A stretch of DNA of 64,000 nt, from NCBI GenBank assembly GCA_951406725.2, contig OX597817.1, positions 145,576,001 to 145,640,000 on the forward strand, read 5' to 3'. The translations under genes were made by a program, and so were the position numbers. This document shows positions 12,085-25,947 of the stretch, piece after piece. Each line of letters opens with the position of its first letter. The first letter of the stretch is position 1. The DNA comes from Octopus vulgaris. Its lineage: Eukaryota. The notes under the pieces are model-generated. The model did no database searches and had not been told where the DNA came from. It saw nothing but the letters and a program-made list of their open reading frames with translations.

Positions 12085-13062
12085 AAACACAGAGGGGACA
12101 AACAAGGACAGACAAAGGGATTAAGTCGATTACATCGACCCCAGTGTGAAACTGGTACTTTATTTATCGACCCCGAAAGGATGAAAGGCAAAGTCGACCT
12201 CGGCGGAATTTGAACTCAGAACGTAACGACAGACGAAATACCGCTAAGCATTTCGCCCGTTGTGCTAACGTTTCTGCCAGCCAGCTGCCTTGACACCATA
12301 TTGCAAATGACTGGTTGAGTGAAGTTAATAGCCTTTGTGTGTTTCTGAAAGGCTAACCTGTGTCTTCCATCCTATAATCACTTTAATTTCAGCACATAAT
12401 CTCAGATCAAAACATAGAGGGGACAAACAAGGACAGAGAAAGGGATCAAGTTGATTACATCAACCTCAGTGCGTAACTGGTACTTATTTAATCGACCCCG
12501 AAAGAATGAAAGGCAAAGTCGACCTTGGCGGAATTTGAACTCAGAACGTAATGACAGTCGAAATACCGCTAAGCATTTCACCTGTTGCGCTAACGTTTCT
12601 GCCAGCTAGCCACCTTGACACCATATTACAAATGACTGGTTGAGTGAAGTTAATAGCCTTTGTGTGTTTCTGAAAGGCTAACCTGTGTCTTCCATCCTAT
12701 AATCACTTTAATTTCAGCACATAATCTCAGATCAAAACATAGAGGGGACAAACAAGGACAGAGAAAGGGATCAAGTTGATTACATCAACCTCAGTGCGTA
12801 ACTGGTACTTATTTAATCGACCCCGAAAGAATGAAAGGCAAAGTCGACCTTGGCGGAATTTGAACTCAGAACGTAATGACAGTCGAAATACCGCTAAGCA
12901 TTTCACCTGTTGCGCTAACGTTTCTGCCAGCTAGCCACCTTGACACCATATTACAAATGACTGGTTGAGTGAAGTTAATAGCCTTTGTGTGTTTCTGAAA
13001 GGCTAACCTGTGTCTTCCATCCTATAATCACTTTAATTTCAGCACGTAATCTCAGATCAAAA
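12085..13062. repeat. Tandem triplication of a 325-bp unit (family B SINE plus flank)
   Basis: AGAGGGGACAAACAAGGACAG at 12091, 12416 and 12741; units 2 and 3 almost identical. Confidence 0.93.
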
Positions 13063-13140
13063 ATACTTGCTATGCAAGTACATCTTTCTAATTTAATTAA
13101 AATCATTTTAACAATTTATAAACACTTTATATACAATTAG

Positions 13141-13255
13141 AAAATTTCCCTGGGGTAACAAAGAAAATCCAGAGAACAAACATTGGATGAATATATGGCA
13201 TGGAGAATTTCCTACAAAAAATACTGGAGATGATGGTTTCCTTGGTACAGCACCG
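13141..13255 (+). CDS. SUMF1: SUMF1 coding exon, 115 nt
   Basis: aattag acceptor and CCG|gtaagt donor; phase-compatible with the previous exon; [38 protein letters not shown]. Confidence 0.95.
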
Positions 13256-13532
13256 GTAAGTCTTATTATAGTTACATTTGTCCTTCAAACAATCCTCATC
13301 ATCATCGTCATTTAATGTCTGCTTTCTATGCTGGCATAGGTTGGATGGTTTGACTAAGAACTGGTAAGCTGGGAGACTGTACCAGGCCCCAATGCATTAG
13401 ATGTTTTATATACAGAATTCATTTGAGAATTGTTAATCAAAATGGCTAATTTTAGTCATAGTTACATTAGCAAACAAGAATTAGAAGAAAGCATTATTCT
13501 ACGTACTTTGGAAACTTGTTTTTACAGTTTAA

Positions 13533-13741
13533 CACTTTGGCATTTAAACTGGCCATTTTTAGCCCAAATAATTTACCTGTTTTATGTTCAAACTGACCAG
13601 ATCTGGCCTCTCACACCTATCCTACAATGTCATTCTAAAAATAAACACTCACATCATTGAAATTTCATCAATACAAGATAATGCATAATTAATTCAAAAC
13701 AATGTGAATAAATAAGCTTTATAAGATTGACTGCTAAAGGG
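13533..13741. mobile_element. piggyBac-type MITE
   Basis: TTAA flanks with degenerate CCCTTTAGCATT...TGCTAAAGGG termini; same family at 52357-52579 and 57334-57552. Confidence 0.65.
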
Positions 13742-15841
13742 TTAATTAGAAGTGTTTCATATTTTAACACCTGATATTGTGAAGTAAGTTTTAGATTTTA
13801 AATAAATAACACACACACATTCCATGCTTTCCACAGATACATCACAAAGATATTACATGCATGCACCCCCCCTCTCTCTCTCTCTCTCTGTCTCTTGGAA
13901 TGGAATTTGTATCTTGTGGTACCAGTGCCTGTGGCACACAAGAAATCCATCAGTGCTGTAGTCAGTGCGGTGGGCACATGACAAACACCATCCGATCGTG
14001 GCCGTTCGCCAGCCTCATCTAGCACCTGTGTCGGTGGCACATAAAAACACCATCCGAAGACACGGCAAGACTAGTCAGGCCATAACCCATGGCCCCTACC
14101 TGGGACGTAGTCAGTCCACCTGTGCATACCTTCCTTCTTGTGACACTTGTGAAGACCTGTTGAGGCAAGTGAAAATCAAATCAAAACAAATCAAAATAGA
14201 TGAACATCAATGGAATTTGTATCCTTGTGGTACCAGTGCCGGTGGCACGTGGCACACAAGAAAACCATCCGAACGTGGCCGTAGCCAGTACCGCATCGAC
14301 TGGCCTCCGTGCTGTGGGCACGTAACAAGCACCATCCGATCGTGGCCGTTTTGCCAGCCTCATCTGGCACCTGTGTCGGTGGCACATAAAAACACCATCC
14401 GAGCGTGGCCGTCTGCCAGCCTCGTCTGGCACCTGTGTCGGTGGCACATAAAAAACACCATCCGAGCGTGGCCGTTTGCCAGCCTCGTCTGGCACCTGTG
14501 TCGGTGGCACATAAAATCACCCACTACACTCTCGGAGTGGTTGGCGTTAGGAAGGGCATCCAGCTGTAGAAACACTGCCAGATCTGACTGGACTGGTGCA
14601 GCTTTCGGGCTCCCCAGACCCCAGTTGAACCGTCCAACCCATGCTAGCATGGAAAGCGGACGTTAAATGATGATGATGATGATAAGGAAAGAATGAAGGA
14701 ATTAATTCTTTATATAGGACAACCATGCCATGCTCAGAATATGAATAAAATAGGCATCAGTAGAAGACATAATATTAATATTGATGCCTATATTATATAT
14801 ATATTGCTATTTGTATTTCAGCTATTTTAGAGAGAAACAACACCACCTGCTGCTGCAAGTTCTAGTCTTAGCTAGCTTTAACTGACATCACCCAGCATGG
14901 TTCCTGTGCTCAGGGTTATGGACAAGGTCTTTGACAGCAGAGAAGTGCATATGACAACAATAATTGATGACAAGCCAATAGTCAATTCAGTGGTATCATC
15001 AAATAACACAGGACACTTAGTGGTAGTCCTCCAATAGAAGTCTCACAGACCACTGCATGTAGTGAAAGAATAATACCTCTCTAATTTATTATACATCAAT
15101 ATATCTGTTCCTTTCGAGTGTTGGGCCTCACAGAGGCAGTTCCTTTCGAGCATTGGGCCTCGCAGAAGCAATAACCGAGACCTTTGCCATTATGTCGTGC
15201 TTGAGAGGAAGACCCATCAAGCCAGGCAAAATCACAGTTGCGGAAGATACTGGTGTCATGCAAATGGCACCAGTGCCAGTGACACATAAAAGCACCCATT
15301 GGCATTAGGAAGAGAGCACACACACACAGCAGGCTTCTTTTAGCTTCCACATACCAGCAAGATCTACTTGTAAGATTTTGATCAAGTTGAGGCTAAAGTT
15401 AAGACACTTGCCCAAGGTGTCATGCAGTGGCACCAAGGCAAAAATCATGTGGTTGGGAAGCAAACTTCTCAACAACACAGCCCCACCTTTGTGTGTGTTT
15501 GTATGACTTTGCTAGATGGAAACTGAAAGAAGCCCATCAGCTATATATGTATGTTCCCCACCACCACTTGACAATACATGTTGATGTTTTTATGTCCTCA
15601 TAAATTAACAGTTCAGTGAAAGAGATTGACAGAATAAGAACCAGGCTTAAAATGAAAAATAGATACTAGAGTCAATTCATTTGACTAGAAATTCTTCAAG
15701 GTGGCACCCCAGCATGGCCGCAGTCTAGTGACTGAAACAAGTAAAAGATATAAATTTTTGTTACCAATCTTTCTAGGCTGTTGAACTGAACATTTATTAA
15801 AAGTAACACTGACATATTTTGTTATTGCAATCTCTTTTCAG

Positions 15842-15958
15842 GTGGATGCATTCCCAACTCAGAACAAGTTCAAACTGAAAAATATAATTGGAAATGTATG
15901 GGAATGGACACAAGACTGGTGGGATACACATCATTCTAAAGAGTTTGCTAAAAATCCA
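15842..15958 (+). CDS. SUMF1: SUMF1 coding exon, 117 nt
   Basis: tctcttttcag acceptor and CCA|gtaag donor; [39 protein letters not shown] with the FGE motif GNVWEW. Confidence 0.96.
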
Positions 15959-16025
15959 GTAAGAATTTTTATTTGTTTTTTTGATATTTTTACCCCCCCC
16001 CCCCATTCAAATGCAGTGGAAGGAT

Positions 16026-16360
16026 GGGGACTCCAAAAGGGATCTCAGGGAGTAGCATCCCTACCTTCCTGAGTTAGTTTTCCACCACATTTCTTAAAAA
16101 TCGTGGTAGAGGCCTTGGTCTCGGGACCACTCATGTCTAGAAACTGAGGTTGAAGGTAAGCAAGGGCATGCTCCCCGTTGAAAACCCAGCTTCAAAAAAG
16201 CCTCAATAACAAAGGAGAATGGGCACCAGCCAGCCCAAATGTTGGGTTGGGCTGCACCTGCCTACTTTGGTTGCTATGGCATTGAGGTAGATCCGGCCAC
16301 CACCCCATCATCATCCTCTGGGACAAAACCCAGATGATGATGATGATGATGATGATGATG
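16026..16360 (+). mobile_element. (GAT)n-tailed retroposon family G; second copy at about 17464-17790
   Basis: Two diverged copies GGGACTCC(A/G)AAAGGG...GTTGCTATGGCATTGA...(GAT)n. Confidence 0.7.
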
Positions 16361-17334
16361 GAAGTCTTTTAGATAACAATAACCAACTGACAGCATTGAG
16401 TAAAGAATACAACAGCTTCCTGAATGGGTTTGGTGTCAATTGATGTTGATAACATTATCCATGACTACAATAAGTGGTTTTTTCCATATTAATTTAGGTT
16501 GACTTACTGAAGCTCTGGATAATCCATGGTTTAATTAGGCTTAACCACTAACCATTAAAGATCAACATGGCACTTTAGATGTTATATTTATAAGTTATAA
16601 TCTGTATATACAAATAATATATGCAGTAGTTGATTACATATATACCCCATCACTGTCACACATACACATTCACTGCTAATTGTTGCCTGTCTGTGTGTGT
16701 GTGTATGTATGTCACTAGTGTTCATGTGTGTGTGTGTATGTACCAGTAGTGTTCATTTGAATTACTCCCTCCCTATCTCTCTCTCTCTCTCTCTCTCTCT
16801 CACTCACACACACACACACACACTTATCATACCCTTAACATTTTAATATAATAAAAGATACATAGATGGAGAGAGAGAGATGTTTGAGTGTATGTTTATG
16901 CCACTAGCATTCCTTTGCATCTCTCTTTCTCCCCCCCCCCCTCTCTCTCTCTCACACACACACATACACACATGCTTTTATCATCCCCTTAACACTTTAC
17001 TATAATAGAAGTAGATAGAAAATGAGATAGAGGGAGATGTGTGAGGGTGTGTATATTCTAGTGGCATTCCTTTGACTTGTCCCCGCCCCCTGCCCCCCCT
17101 CTCTCACATACACTTTTTACCTTTTTACCATCCCCTTTCCACATCATGATAGATTAGCATGGCAGATTGTTGTTAATACTTTTAGTAGATGCTTGGTTTT
17201 GATAACAAATATAAGGGTCTCTTATCTCAAACTTGCATCTGTGGCTTTGTTGGATTATAGAGAATTTGTTTAGCTAAAAGGAGAAACTCCCAAGATGCAA
17301 CAGACTTTTCAGATAGTTTATATTTGATCTAGAG

Positions 17335-17857
17335 CAGGGGTCCCCAAACTTTTTAGATCATTGACTCCGTCATGGAATCCTTGACCCTTTATCAACCACC
17401 AGGCATGTACAAGAAAATAAATAAATAAATAAATAATAATTAAGTAGACATGCAGTTTAGGTAGTGGGACTCCGAAAGGGGTTTCAGGGAGTAACATCCC
17501 TGCCTTCCTGAGCTAGTTTTCCATCACATTTCTTAAAAATCATGGTAGAGGCTTTGGTCTTGGGACCACTTATGTTTAGAAACTGAGGTTCAGGGTAAGC
17601 AAAGGCATACTCCCCATAGAAAAATCCAGCTCCAAAAAAGCTTCATGATAGCAAAGGAGAATGGGCACCAGCCAGCCCAAAGGTTTGGGTGGGCAGCACC
17701 TGCCTACCTCAGTTGCTATGGCATTGAAGATGATCTGGCCACCCTCCGTTAACGGCAACAAAACCCTGGATGACGATGATGATGATGAAGCAGATGTGCA
17801 GTTTCAGGCATTTATCGACCAATTGAATAGTCCCATCAACCACTTTGGAAACCCCTG
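17335..17857. mobile_element. hAT (Charlie-like) MITE with a nested family G insertion
   Basis: TIRs CAGGGGTCCCCAAACT / CTTTGGAAACCCCTG; 8-bp TSD ATCTAGAG / ATCTAGGG. Confidence 0.8.
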
Positions 17858-18279
17858 ATCTAGGGTCTTAATGTTGTCCCCATCATTTAATTCCCACTTT
17901 TCCATGCTTGGTTGGATTGGACACAGTTTGTTGGAGCAGATTTTTCTATGGTTGGATGCCCTTCCTGTTGTCAACCATTATCTGTTTATAAGTAATATGA
18001 CATTTCCCCATAGTCAGACATGTTTTGTAGAAGATTGAAAAGAGTGATGCGTATTTACTACTAACACACAATGTCAAGATAAGGAGACAGCAACATGCAC
18101 ACACATGTGCATCATCATCATCATCATTTAACATCAGTTTTCCATGCTGACATGGTTGGATGGCTTGCCAGGGGCAGCACCAGGTTCCATAGTCTGTTTT
18201 TGGTTCAGTTTCTACAGCTGGAAGCCTTTCCTAATACCAGCTGCTTTACAGAGTATACTGAGTGCTTTTTTTTATGTGG

Positions 18280-18690
18280 AACCAGTGCTTTTTATGCAGC
18301 ACTAGTACTTTGTATGCAACACCAGCACCAATGCTTTTTTTGTGGCACCAGCACCAGTGCTTTTTACATGGAACCAGCACCGGTACTTTTTGTGCCACCA
18401 GCACCAATGCTTTTTATGTGGCACCAGCACCAGTGCTTTTTTTTTTGCAGTACCAACACCAGTGCTTTTCTTGTGGCCCCAGCACCAGTGCTTTTCATGT
18501 TGCACCAGCAGCAGTACTTTTTGTGGCACCAGCACCAGTGCATTTCTTGTGGCACCAGCACCAGTGCTTTTCGTGTGGAACCAGTACCAGTACTTTTCAT
18601 GTGGCACCAGTACTAGTGCTTTTTATGCGAGACCAGCTCAGTGCCTTTTATGTGGCAGCAGTGCTATTTACGTGGTACCAGCACCAACAG
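18280..18690. repeat. Degenerate 25-28 bp minisatellite (GTGGCACCAGCACCAGTGCTTTTT) expanded inside a family C SINE
   Basis: About 15 imperfect units; produces overlapping spurious ORFs in several frames. Confidence 0.85.
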
Positions 18691-18874
18691 GATTACTAAG
18701 TACCCTCAAGAAAACCACCTGTACTCAATATGCAGAGGAGTAGATAGGAACTTCTTATGGTGCACAAAGTATGAACTACAAGTGCACAAGATCAAGGTGA
18801 TAGTAAATACTTTGTTTGTGCAGGTTCACAGTTAACAGGCAGAGTATTTCTTATCAGTCCTTCTTATCAATTCT

Positions 18875-20135
18875 TTAATAAAATCCACAGAAGTAGTGAA
18901 TAGTTTCTGTTATCGAGCAACCTGTGGGGGAGGATGATTAGAAAACATAACAGCCAGAATAAGAATAGGGTGGGAAAAGTTCAGAAAGCTGTTATCTCTG
19001 CTGGTAATGAAAGGATTCTTTCGTTGATTGATGGGTCAATTGTATATTGCCTGTGTACAAAGTGTAACACTTCATGTTTGTGAGATGTAGACAGTGAGTG
19101 TAAAGGATGTGTGATGGTTGGAGAGAAATGAAGCAAGCCTGCTTCACCAGACATGTAATATTAGTGTGTATGAGCTGGGAGATAAACTAGGTACAGGAGA
19201 AATCACTCTGGTAAGATAGACAACTGCATTTGTATGGATATGTAATACATCATCATCATCATCATCATCGTTTAACGTCCGTTTTCCATGCTAGCATGGG
19301 TTGGAAGGTTCAACTGGGGTCTGGGAAGCCAGGAGGCTGCACCAGGCTCCAGTCTGATCTGGCAGTGTTTCTACAGCTGGATGCCCTTCCTAACGCCAAC
19401 AATTCTGTGAGTGTAGTGGGTGCTTTTTATGTGCCACTGGGCCAGAGGAGGCTGGCAAACGGCCGCGATCTGTTTGTGCTTTTACGTGTCACGGACACCA
19501 GTCAGGTGGTGTTGGCATCTGCCATGTTTGGACAGTGCTTTTAACGTGTCACCGGCATGGGTATCTTAACTACAATTTCCATTTGATTTTCATTTTGATG
19601 TTGGTGTTAACGTACTTGACTCAATAGGTCTCCTCAAGAACAGCAGGGCACTCTACGATCCAAGGTTCTACATAACAATAGATGAGTTAAAATGTGTTAG
19701 GGGATCCACGTGTGAAAGGAAACTGTGGAAGAGGAAGATCAAGGAAGACCTAGGTAAAAGTAATGAAAGCTGATCATAGGATGTAGAACAGTGGTTCCCA
19801 AACTTGTTCAGGCTGTTGTCCCCTTGGCACCCAAACTGCATTCCTAGTGACCCCCTCCATCCCTCACCACCACCACAAACATAGACCACTTTCTGTAGCA
19901 ACTTTAAGACAATTGTATTTCACAAATAAAGCTTAGCCTAATTAACCTGTTATTTTGTTGTTTTTACGTTCACCGCACTCTTTTGGGTTCCCCCTTATCA
20001 GCCCGCTTTCTTCACCCCCACCCCTGATCTTTTCATAGCTCCCAGAGGGACAGTACCACCCACTTTGGGAACCACTGGTGTAGAAACTCAGAAGATAACA
20101 AAAGATTGCAAGAAATGGTGAGATGCTGTTAGAAA
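18875..20135 (+). mobile_element. RTE-type LINE 3' fragment with nested SINE and hAT MITE
   Basis: Decayed RIRIGWEKFRKLL...WLERNEASLL...LYGYV...GNCGRGRSRKT, typical of RTE ORF C-termini; a related fragment lies at about 55500-55900. Confidence 0.65.
19789..20077. mobile_element. hAT (Charlie-like) MITE
   Basis: TIRs CAGTGGTTCCCAAA / TTTGGGAACCACTG; TSD ATGTAGAA / GTGTAGAA. Confidence 0.85.
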
Positions 20136-20450
20136 GGATGGTGGGGGCAGATGTGGAAAAGTAAATAAATAAAGAGGATATTGTCTTACTAATCTTTAAT
20201 CAAAGAACTATCACATAATCTCTGAAATAGAACAGTGTCGGTGACCAAAATAGCAATGGTGTGACAAAAATTTTGAAAGTTCAAGAAATCAATAGAAAGT
20301 GAATTTAAGAAGTTTTTTTTTTTCTCTCCATATCTTGTGACAACTGCAATTTCTCTTCTACTATCTAATTGCAATATTATCTGTTTTGCAAGATCGTGTA
20401 ATGTTTTTTGAACAGTTTGCTTTTTGAATTTTTTTCCTGTCATCTTTTAG

Positions 20451-20510
20451 AAAGGGCCTTCTAAAGGAACGAGTAGAGTAAAGAAAGGAGGCTCGTTCTT
20501 ATGCCATAAG
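20451..20510 (+). CDS. SUMF1: SUMF1 coding exon, 60 nt
   Basis: catcttttag acceptor and AAG|gtatg donor; KGPSKGTSRVKKGGSFLCHK with the first catalytic cysteine (GGSxxC). Confidence 0.95.
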
Positions 20511-21147
20511 GTATGTATATTCACATTTTTATTGCTTTCGTCATTGTCATCTTCATTGTTTAACATCTGCTTTCCATGCTGGCATGTGTTGGACGGTTTG
20601 ACTGAGGACTGGCAAGCTGGGAGGCTACACCAGGCTCCAGTCTGATTTGGCAAGGTTTCTACAGTTGGATGCCCTTCCTAACACCAGCCACTCCGAAATT
20701 TACTAGGTGCTTTTTACATGCCACAGGCATGGTAGCCTGTCAGACAGCATTGGCATCAACCATTGCTCAAATGGTACTTTTTACATGCCACCAGCACAGG
20801 TGCCAGTCAGGCGGCACTGGCATCAGTCATATTTGAATGGTGCTTTTTACATACCACCGGCATGGGAACCAATCAGGCAGCACTGGCATCAGCCATACTC
20901 AACTTGTGCTTTTTATGTGCCACTGGCACGGGTGCTGGCATCGACCACTTAAAATGATTTATAATACTCTCTCTTTACTGGAGCACTGCCTTTAGTCGAG
21001 CAAATCGACCCCAGGACTTATTCTATGGAAGCCTAGAACTTACTCTATCGGTCTCTTTTGCCGAACCACTAAGTTATGGGGACATAAACACACCACCATC
21101 GGTTGCCAAGCAATGTTGGGGAGACAAACACAGACACACAAACATAT

Positions 21148-21180
<33 letters not shown>

Positions 21181-22721
21181 CATATATACAACAGGCTTAT
21201 TTCAGTTTCCATCTACCAAATCCACTCACAAGGCTTTGGTCGGCCAGAGGCTATATTAGAAGACACTTGCCCAAGGTGCCACGCAGTGGGACTGAACCCG
21301 GAACCATGTGGTTGGTAAGCAAGCTACTTACCACACAGCCACTCCTGCACCTATATATATAGATATATATATATAACGATAAATCTTTCTAAATTTGGCC
21401 CAAGGCCAGCAATTTTGATTACATCAACCCCAGTGCTCAACTGGCACTTATTTTATTGACACAGAAGGGATGAAAGACAAAGTTGACCTCAGTGGTATTT
21501 GAACTCAGAATGTAAAATGCCAGAAGGAATGCTGCTAAGCATTTTTTTCTGGCTTGATAATGATTCTGCCAGCTCACTGCCCTATCTATAATGGTAATGA
21601 AATATACAATATTGGTTTCAAATTTTGGCACAAGCTCTATAATGTCAAGGAGGAGGGGGTAAGCCAATTACATCACTTTCAGTATTCACCTGGTACTTAT
21701 TTTATTGATCTGGAAAGGATGGCTGGTGAAGTCGACCTTAGCAGAATTTCATCCAAATGTAAAACCATACGAAATGTTGCTAAGCATTTTGTTTGGCTGG
21801 CTAATGGTTCTGCCAGCTTGTTGCCTTCAATGAAACATATAATATTAAATATGCTGATCATAAATAAGCCTGGAGGTTATATAACAAGTAGACGGATTGA
21901 AGAAGAAAGCATTGTGCTGGTAATTGTTTTTCCATGAATTAAATGCTTGTAACAGTTAAAAGCTAAACTAACAAAAGTTTGATAATATTAACTTGAGTAT
22001 TATTGAGGCAAAAATCCCCCAAACTAACAAGAATGAATACAATAGAGGATTAAAGCTGAAATATAAATGTCAGAATGTTGGTGATATTAGCAGTGTTTAT
22101 GTGGAGTGTAAACAGAAATCTATTAATTGAACTTATATTAAGTAGACATAGGCGTGATTATGTGGTAAGAAGCTTGCTTCATAACTACATGGTTCCAGGT
22201 TCAGTTCCACTGCGTGGCACCTTGGGCAAGTGTCTTCTACTATAGACCCAGGTTGACCAAAGCCTTGTGAGTGGACTTGGTTGATGGAAAGTGAAAGAAG
22301 CTCATCGCATATATGTGTGTGTGCGTGTGTGTGTGATCACTGCTAGATAACTGGTGTTCTAATGTTGATGTGTTTACTCCACATGACTTAGCAGTTTGGC
22401 AAAAGAGACCAATAGATTAAGTACCAAGTTTAAAACAGAAAAAAAAGCCCTGGGGTCAATTCATTCAATTAAAAGTTCTTCAAGGCCACAGTCTAATGAC
22501 TGAAGCAAGTAAAAGAGCAAAACATAGCAAAAGGTCAGAAAGTAATAACTCTCCTATGTGTGCAGGCATGCAACTACGTGGTTTCAGGTTCAGTCCCACT
22601 GCACAGCATCTTGAGCAAATGCCTTCTACTATAGCCCTGGGCTGACCAAAGCTTTGTGAGTGAATTTGGGAAATGGAAACTGAAAGAAGCCCATTGTGTA
22701 TATGTATGTGTGTAATATATA

Positions 22722-23603
22722 CATGGTTTGATCAATGAATATCTAGACTGTTGCCTTAGTAATGAAGCTAAAGCATACAGAGTGAAGCCACTTGGCACAG
22801 ATTGATCTTGAACTCTGCTGTGCATGCACACTAAGTTTTAACATTCTAGCTTACTTCCGCTGTTTACAGCAGTGCTTGGAAGGAAGGTGTGTGTGTAGCC
22901 TGTAATCATTGCATTGCCCATGACAGAAAGTTGAGCAGAGAATCTGCATCAAATTTTGCCAAAAGCTTGGTGATACATGCTGAGAGGCCTATGCAAGGTT
23001 TTCATCATTCTCGACACAATCAAGATCTTGTGCAACTGAAACGCGAGTGCCATTTTGGTCAGCTGAAAGCATTTTTGGCACAAACTTGGCAGATGCTCAT
23101 TTCATAACCAAACCTTCAGTGATAATGGACTGAACTGAAACATAACTAGTCTGCTCATCCTCTGATAACTCACAGGTGGTGATTCGGCAATTTCCCCTCA
23201 CAGCTGCACGCATGTCTGCGATGTTTTTCTCAGTTCTGCTGGTTGCTAGGCTCTTAGAACGTTCATCAATATCGACACATTTTTGGCCAACTTGGAAATG
23301 TCTGAACCACTCATACACTTGTGTGTGGCTTATACACTCCTCTTCATACACTTTCTGTAACTTTGTGTAGGCCTCTGAGCAGGTATCACCATGACAACTT
23401 TCTCTGTCATGGTCAATGTGACAATCACATGCTACAAACCTTCCTTCCAAGCACTGCTGTAAACAGCAGAAGTGAGCTAGAACATTAAAACTTACTGTGC
23501 ATGCACAGCAGGATTCAAGGTTAATCTGTGCCAAGCGGTTTCACTCTGTGTGCTTAGCTTCGTTACTATGGCAACAGTCCAGATACTTAGTGATCAGACC
23601 TTG
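22722..23603. mobile_element. Fold-back mariner derivative made of two opposed 5' halves
   Basis: 22722-22997 (+) and about 23360-23603 (-) are the same left end; the minus strand carries an HTH fragment (EAYTKLQKVYEEECISHTQVYEWFRHFQVG...). Confidence 0.8.
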
Positions 23604-24285
23604 TGTGTGTGTGTCCTTGTCCTGACATCGTATGAATGTTGTAAATGTATATCATTGATTTTGCAATATTCTGTAAAAATATGTCTGGCCATAATGAAAC
23701 GTTCCCTTGTTCAGAAACAGATAAGGGTTGGTGACAGCAAGGGCATCCAACCATTGGAAAATCTGCATCAAATAACTCTATCCAACCCATACAAGCATGG
23801 GAAAGTGGACGTTAAAATGATGATGAGGGCAATAATGGTGCTCTAAGATAAACACTGAAAACAATAATTCTTCAATTACTATTGCTAAACTCAATTTTCA
23901 TGACTATTAAATAAAGAGAGAGAGAGGGGGAGGAGAACTGAGAGAGTGGTGCTGTGTTGAGTGTGTGTGTGTGCGTGAACCGGAAGATCTGAATGACTGT
24001 GCTTTTGTAGTAAAACTTACCAACCCCTTACCACTGCATATCAGTTTCTTACACCCCTTCCTTTCCTTCTCACCCTCAAAGTTTTTTTTCTTTTTTTTTA
24101 TCCAATAAATGGAGTGTTTTATTTACATAAAAGACTGAATCCAAATTTGACAGCCACTCTCAAAGCAAACTGGCTGAACGATTTTTTAAACATACATATT
24201 ACAAGAAAACAAAGAAAGGGGAGGAGTTAAGCTTAATCTTTTTTTTTCTTTGTTTCCTTGTAATTGTAAGTCAATCTTTATGTAA

Positions 24286-24676
24286 ACTAGCAGTATCGTC
24301 CGGCATTGCTTGGGTTTGTTTCGACCCTTTAGAATTGGAATTTTTGAAAAGTAAAAATTTTGCATTATGTAACTTGTTATTCTCTTTAAGAGAACATTTT
24401 TCTGGTTGAAATACACCGAAAAATGGCGACACAGCAGTAGAAAAATCGTAAAAAATATAGATTTTCATAGAAAAAAAGCACCTTTTTGATGTAAATAATT
24501 TTTGGTGTTAACATGGTCTGATTTGAATTTTTTCTTCTACGGAAGGAAGAGCAAACCTTCTATCATACTCTCAATTTTGGTCAACTTGTGCCACAGGGTC
24601 TCAGAGGAGATAGTGTTAGTTGAAGGCTACCAAACCTGCTATACACAGACAACTTCAGCTTTATATAGAGAGAGAT
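24286..24676 (+). mobile_element. Helitron/Helentron-like non-autonomous element
   Basis: ACTAGCAG..CCGGCATTGCTTGGG start and CTTTATATAGAGAGAGAT end; pattern recalled from invertebrate DINE/HINE-like elements. Confidence 0.5.
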
Positions 24677-24929
24677 TAAAAAAAAAAGACAATTAAGCTT
24701 GGGTTCAGAAGTTGTTAGCAATTGTATTACTCTAATATTTTAAGGGAAACTTATTGCAGGAATGTACAAAATCACAATAAAAAAAAAAAGATTTTTCAAT
24801 TTCAAAGTGTTCTTGGTTTGTCACAGTGTCCTTTTGTTTTGGTTTTTTTTTTGGGGTGGGGGTGGTGAGACAGCTTGATCGTAAATTATGTAAACAGTGA
24901 TGTACTTGTGTTCATATGTATTTATGTTC

Positions 24930-25362
24930 GTGAGTATATGTGTGAGTATCTGTATATATGTTTGAATATATGTGTGTATGTATCTGTATATGTGTGTATA
25001 TATGTATGTATCTGTGTGTATATATCTATATGTGTGTATATATGTGTATGTATGTATCTATGTGTATATATCTGTATATATGTGTATATATGTATGTATT
25101 TATGTGTATATATCTATATGTGTGTATCTATGTATGTGTGTGTATATATATGTATCTATGTGTGTATATATGTGTATATATATGTATCTATGTGTGTATA
25201 TATGTGTATGTATCTGTATATGTGTGCATATATGAATGTGTATATATGTGTACATATGTATGTATCTATGTGTGTATATGTGTGTGTATATATGTGTATG
25301 TATCTATATATATGTATCTGTGTGTGTATATATACATGTGTGTATGTGTATATATATATGTG
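24930..25362. repeat. Compound (TG/TA/TATC) microsatellite
   Basis: About 430 bp of alternating purine-pyrimidine sequence. Confidence 0.95.
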
Positions 25363-25903
25363 TTTGCACTTTTTACACACACACCAGTGTCAGTTCCTTT
25401 GGCAGTTATTTTCCTCTGGCTTTTGCTCTTAGAGCACTTTTTCTAATTCTGATGTCTTTTGACAAACATTACCAGACCAAACTAGAGACACACTAGCATG
25501 AAGTCAAGTAGTTCTGTTGCTCCTTTGTTTAAATGGATGCTTGGCATAACAGACCCAACTTGTTCTTAGATGCATTTACCCAGTTTCTACAGCAACGGAA
25601 TTTTAGATTGTGATTTATAAACACGGCTTTGTGGTTAAGAAGTTTGATATGCAACCAGATAGTTTCAGGTTTAGTCTCACTGTGTGCCACCTTGGACAAG
25701 CATCATCTATAGCCCTGGGCTAACCGATTCCTTATGAATGAATTTGGTAGATTGAAACTGTGTGGAAGCCTGTGTGGTGTGTATCATGATCACAGGATTG
25801 ACCAGACTATCAGATGTTGTTATACATCACTGGTCACAATGCACTTCATTGCTTTAGCTTTTGAATAATGCCACCCCTCTAGTTAGGCAAGCAGGCCAAT
25901 TTA

Positions 25904-25947
<44 letters not shown>

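Noticed and set aside
13965-14666. 233-aa ORF and overlapping antisense ORFs
   Set aside because: They are family C SINE subrepeats; the same peptides recur at each copy (6331, 19230, 52010).
18095-18743. Several overlapping 100-170 aa ORFs
   Set aside because: Produced by a minisatellite inside a SINE.
24875-25496. Long ORFs of 87-185 aa rich in C/V/Y/I/M
   Set aside because: Translations of a TG/TA microsatellite that lacks stop codons.
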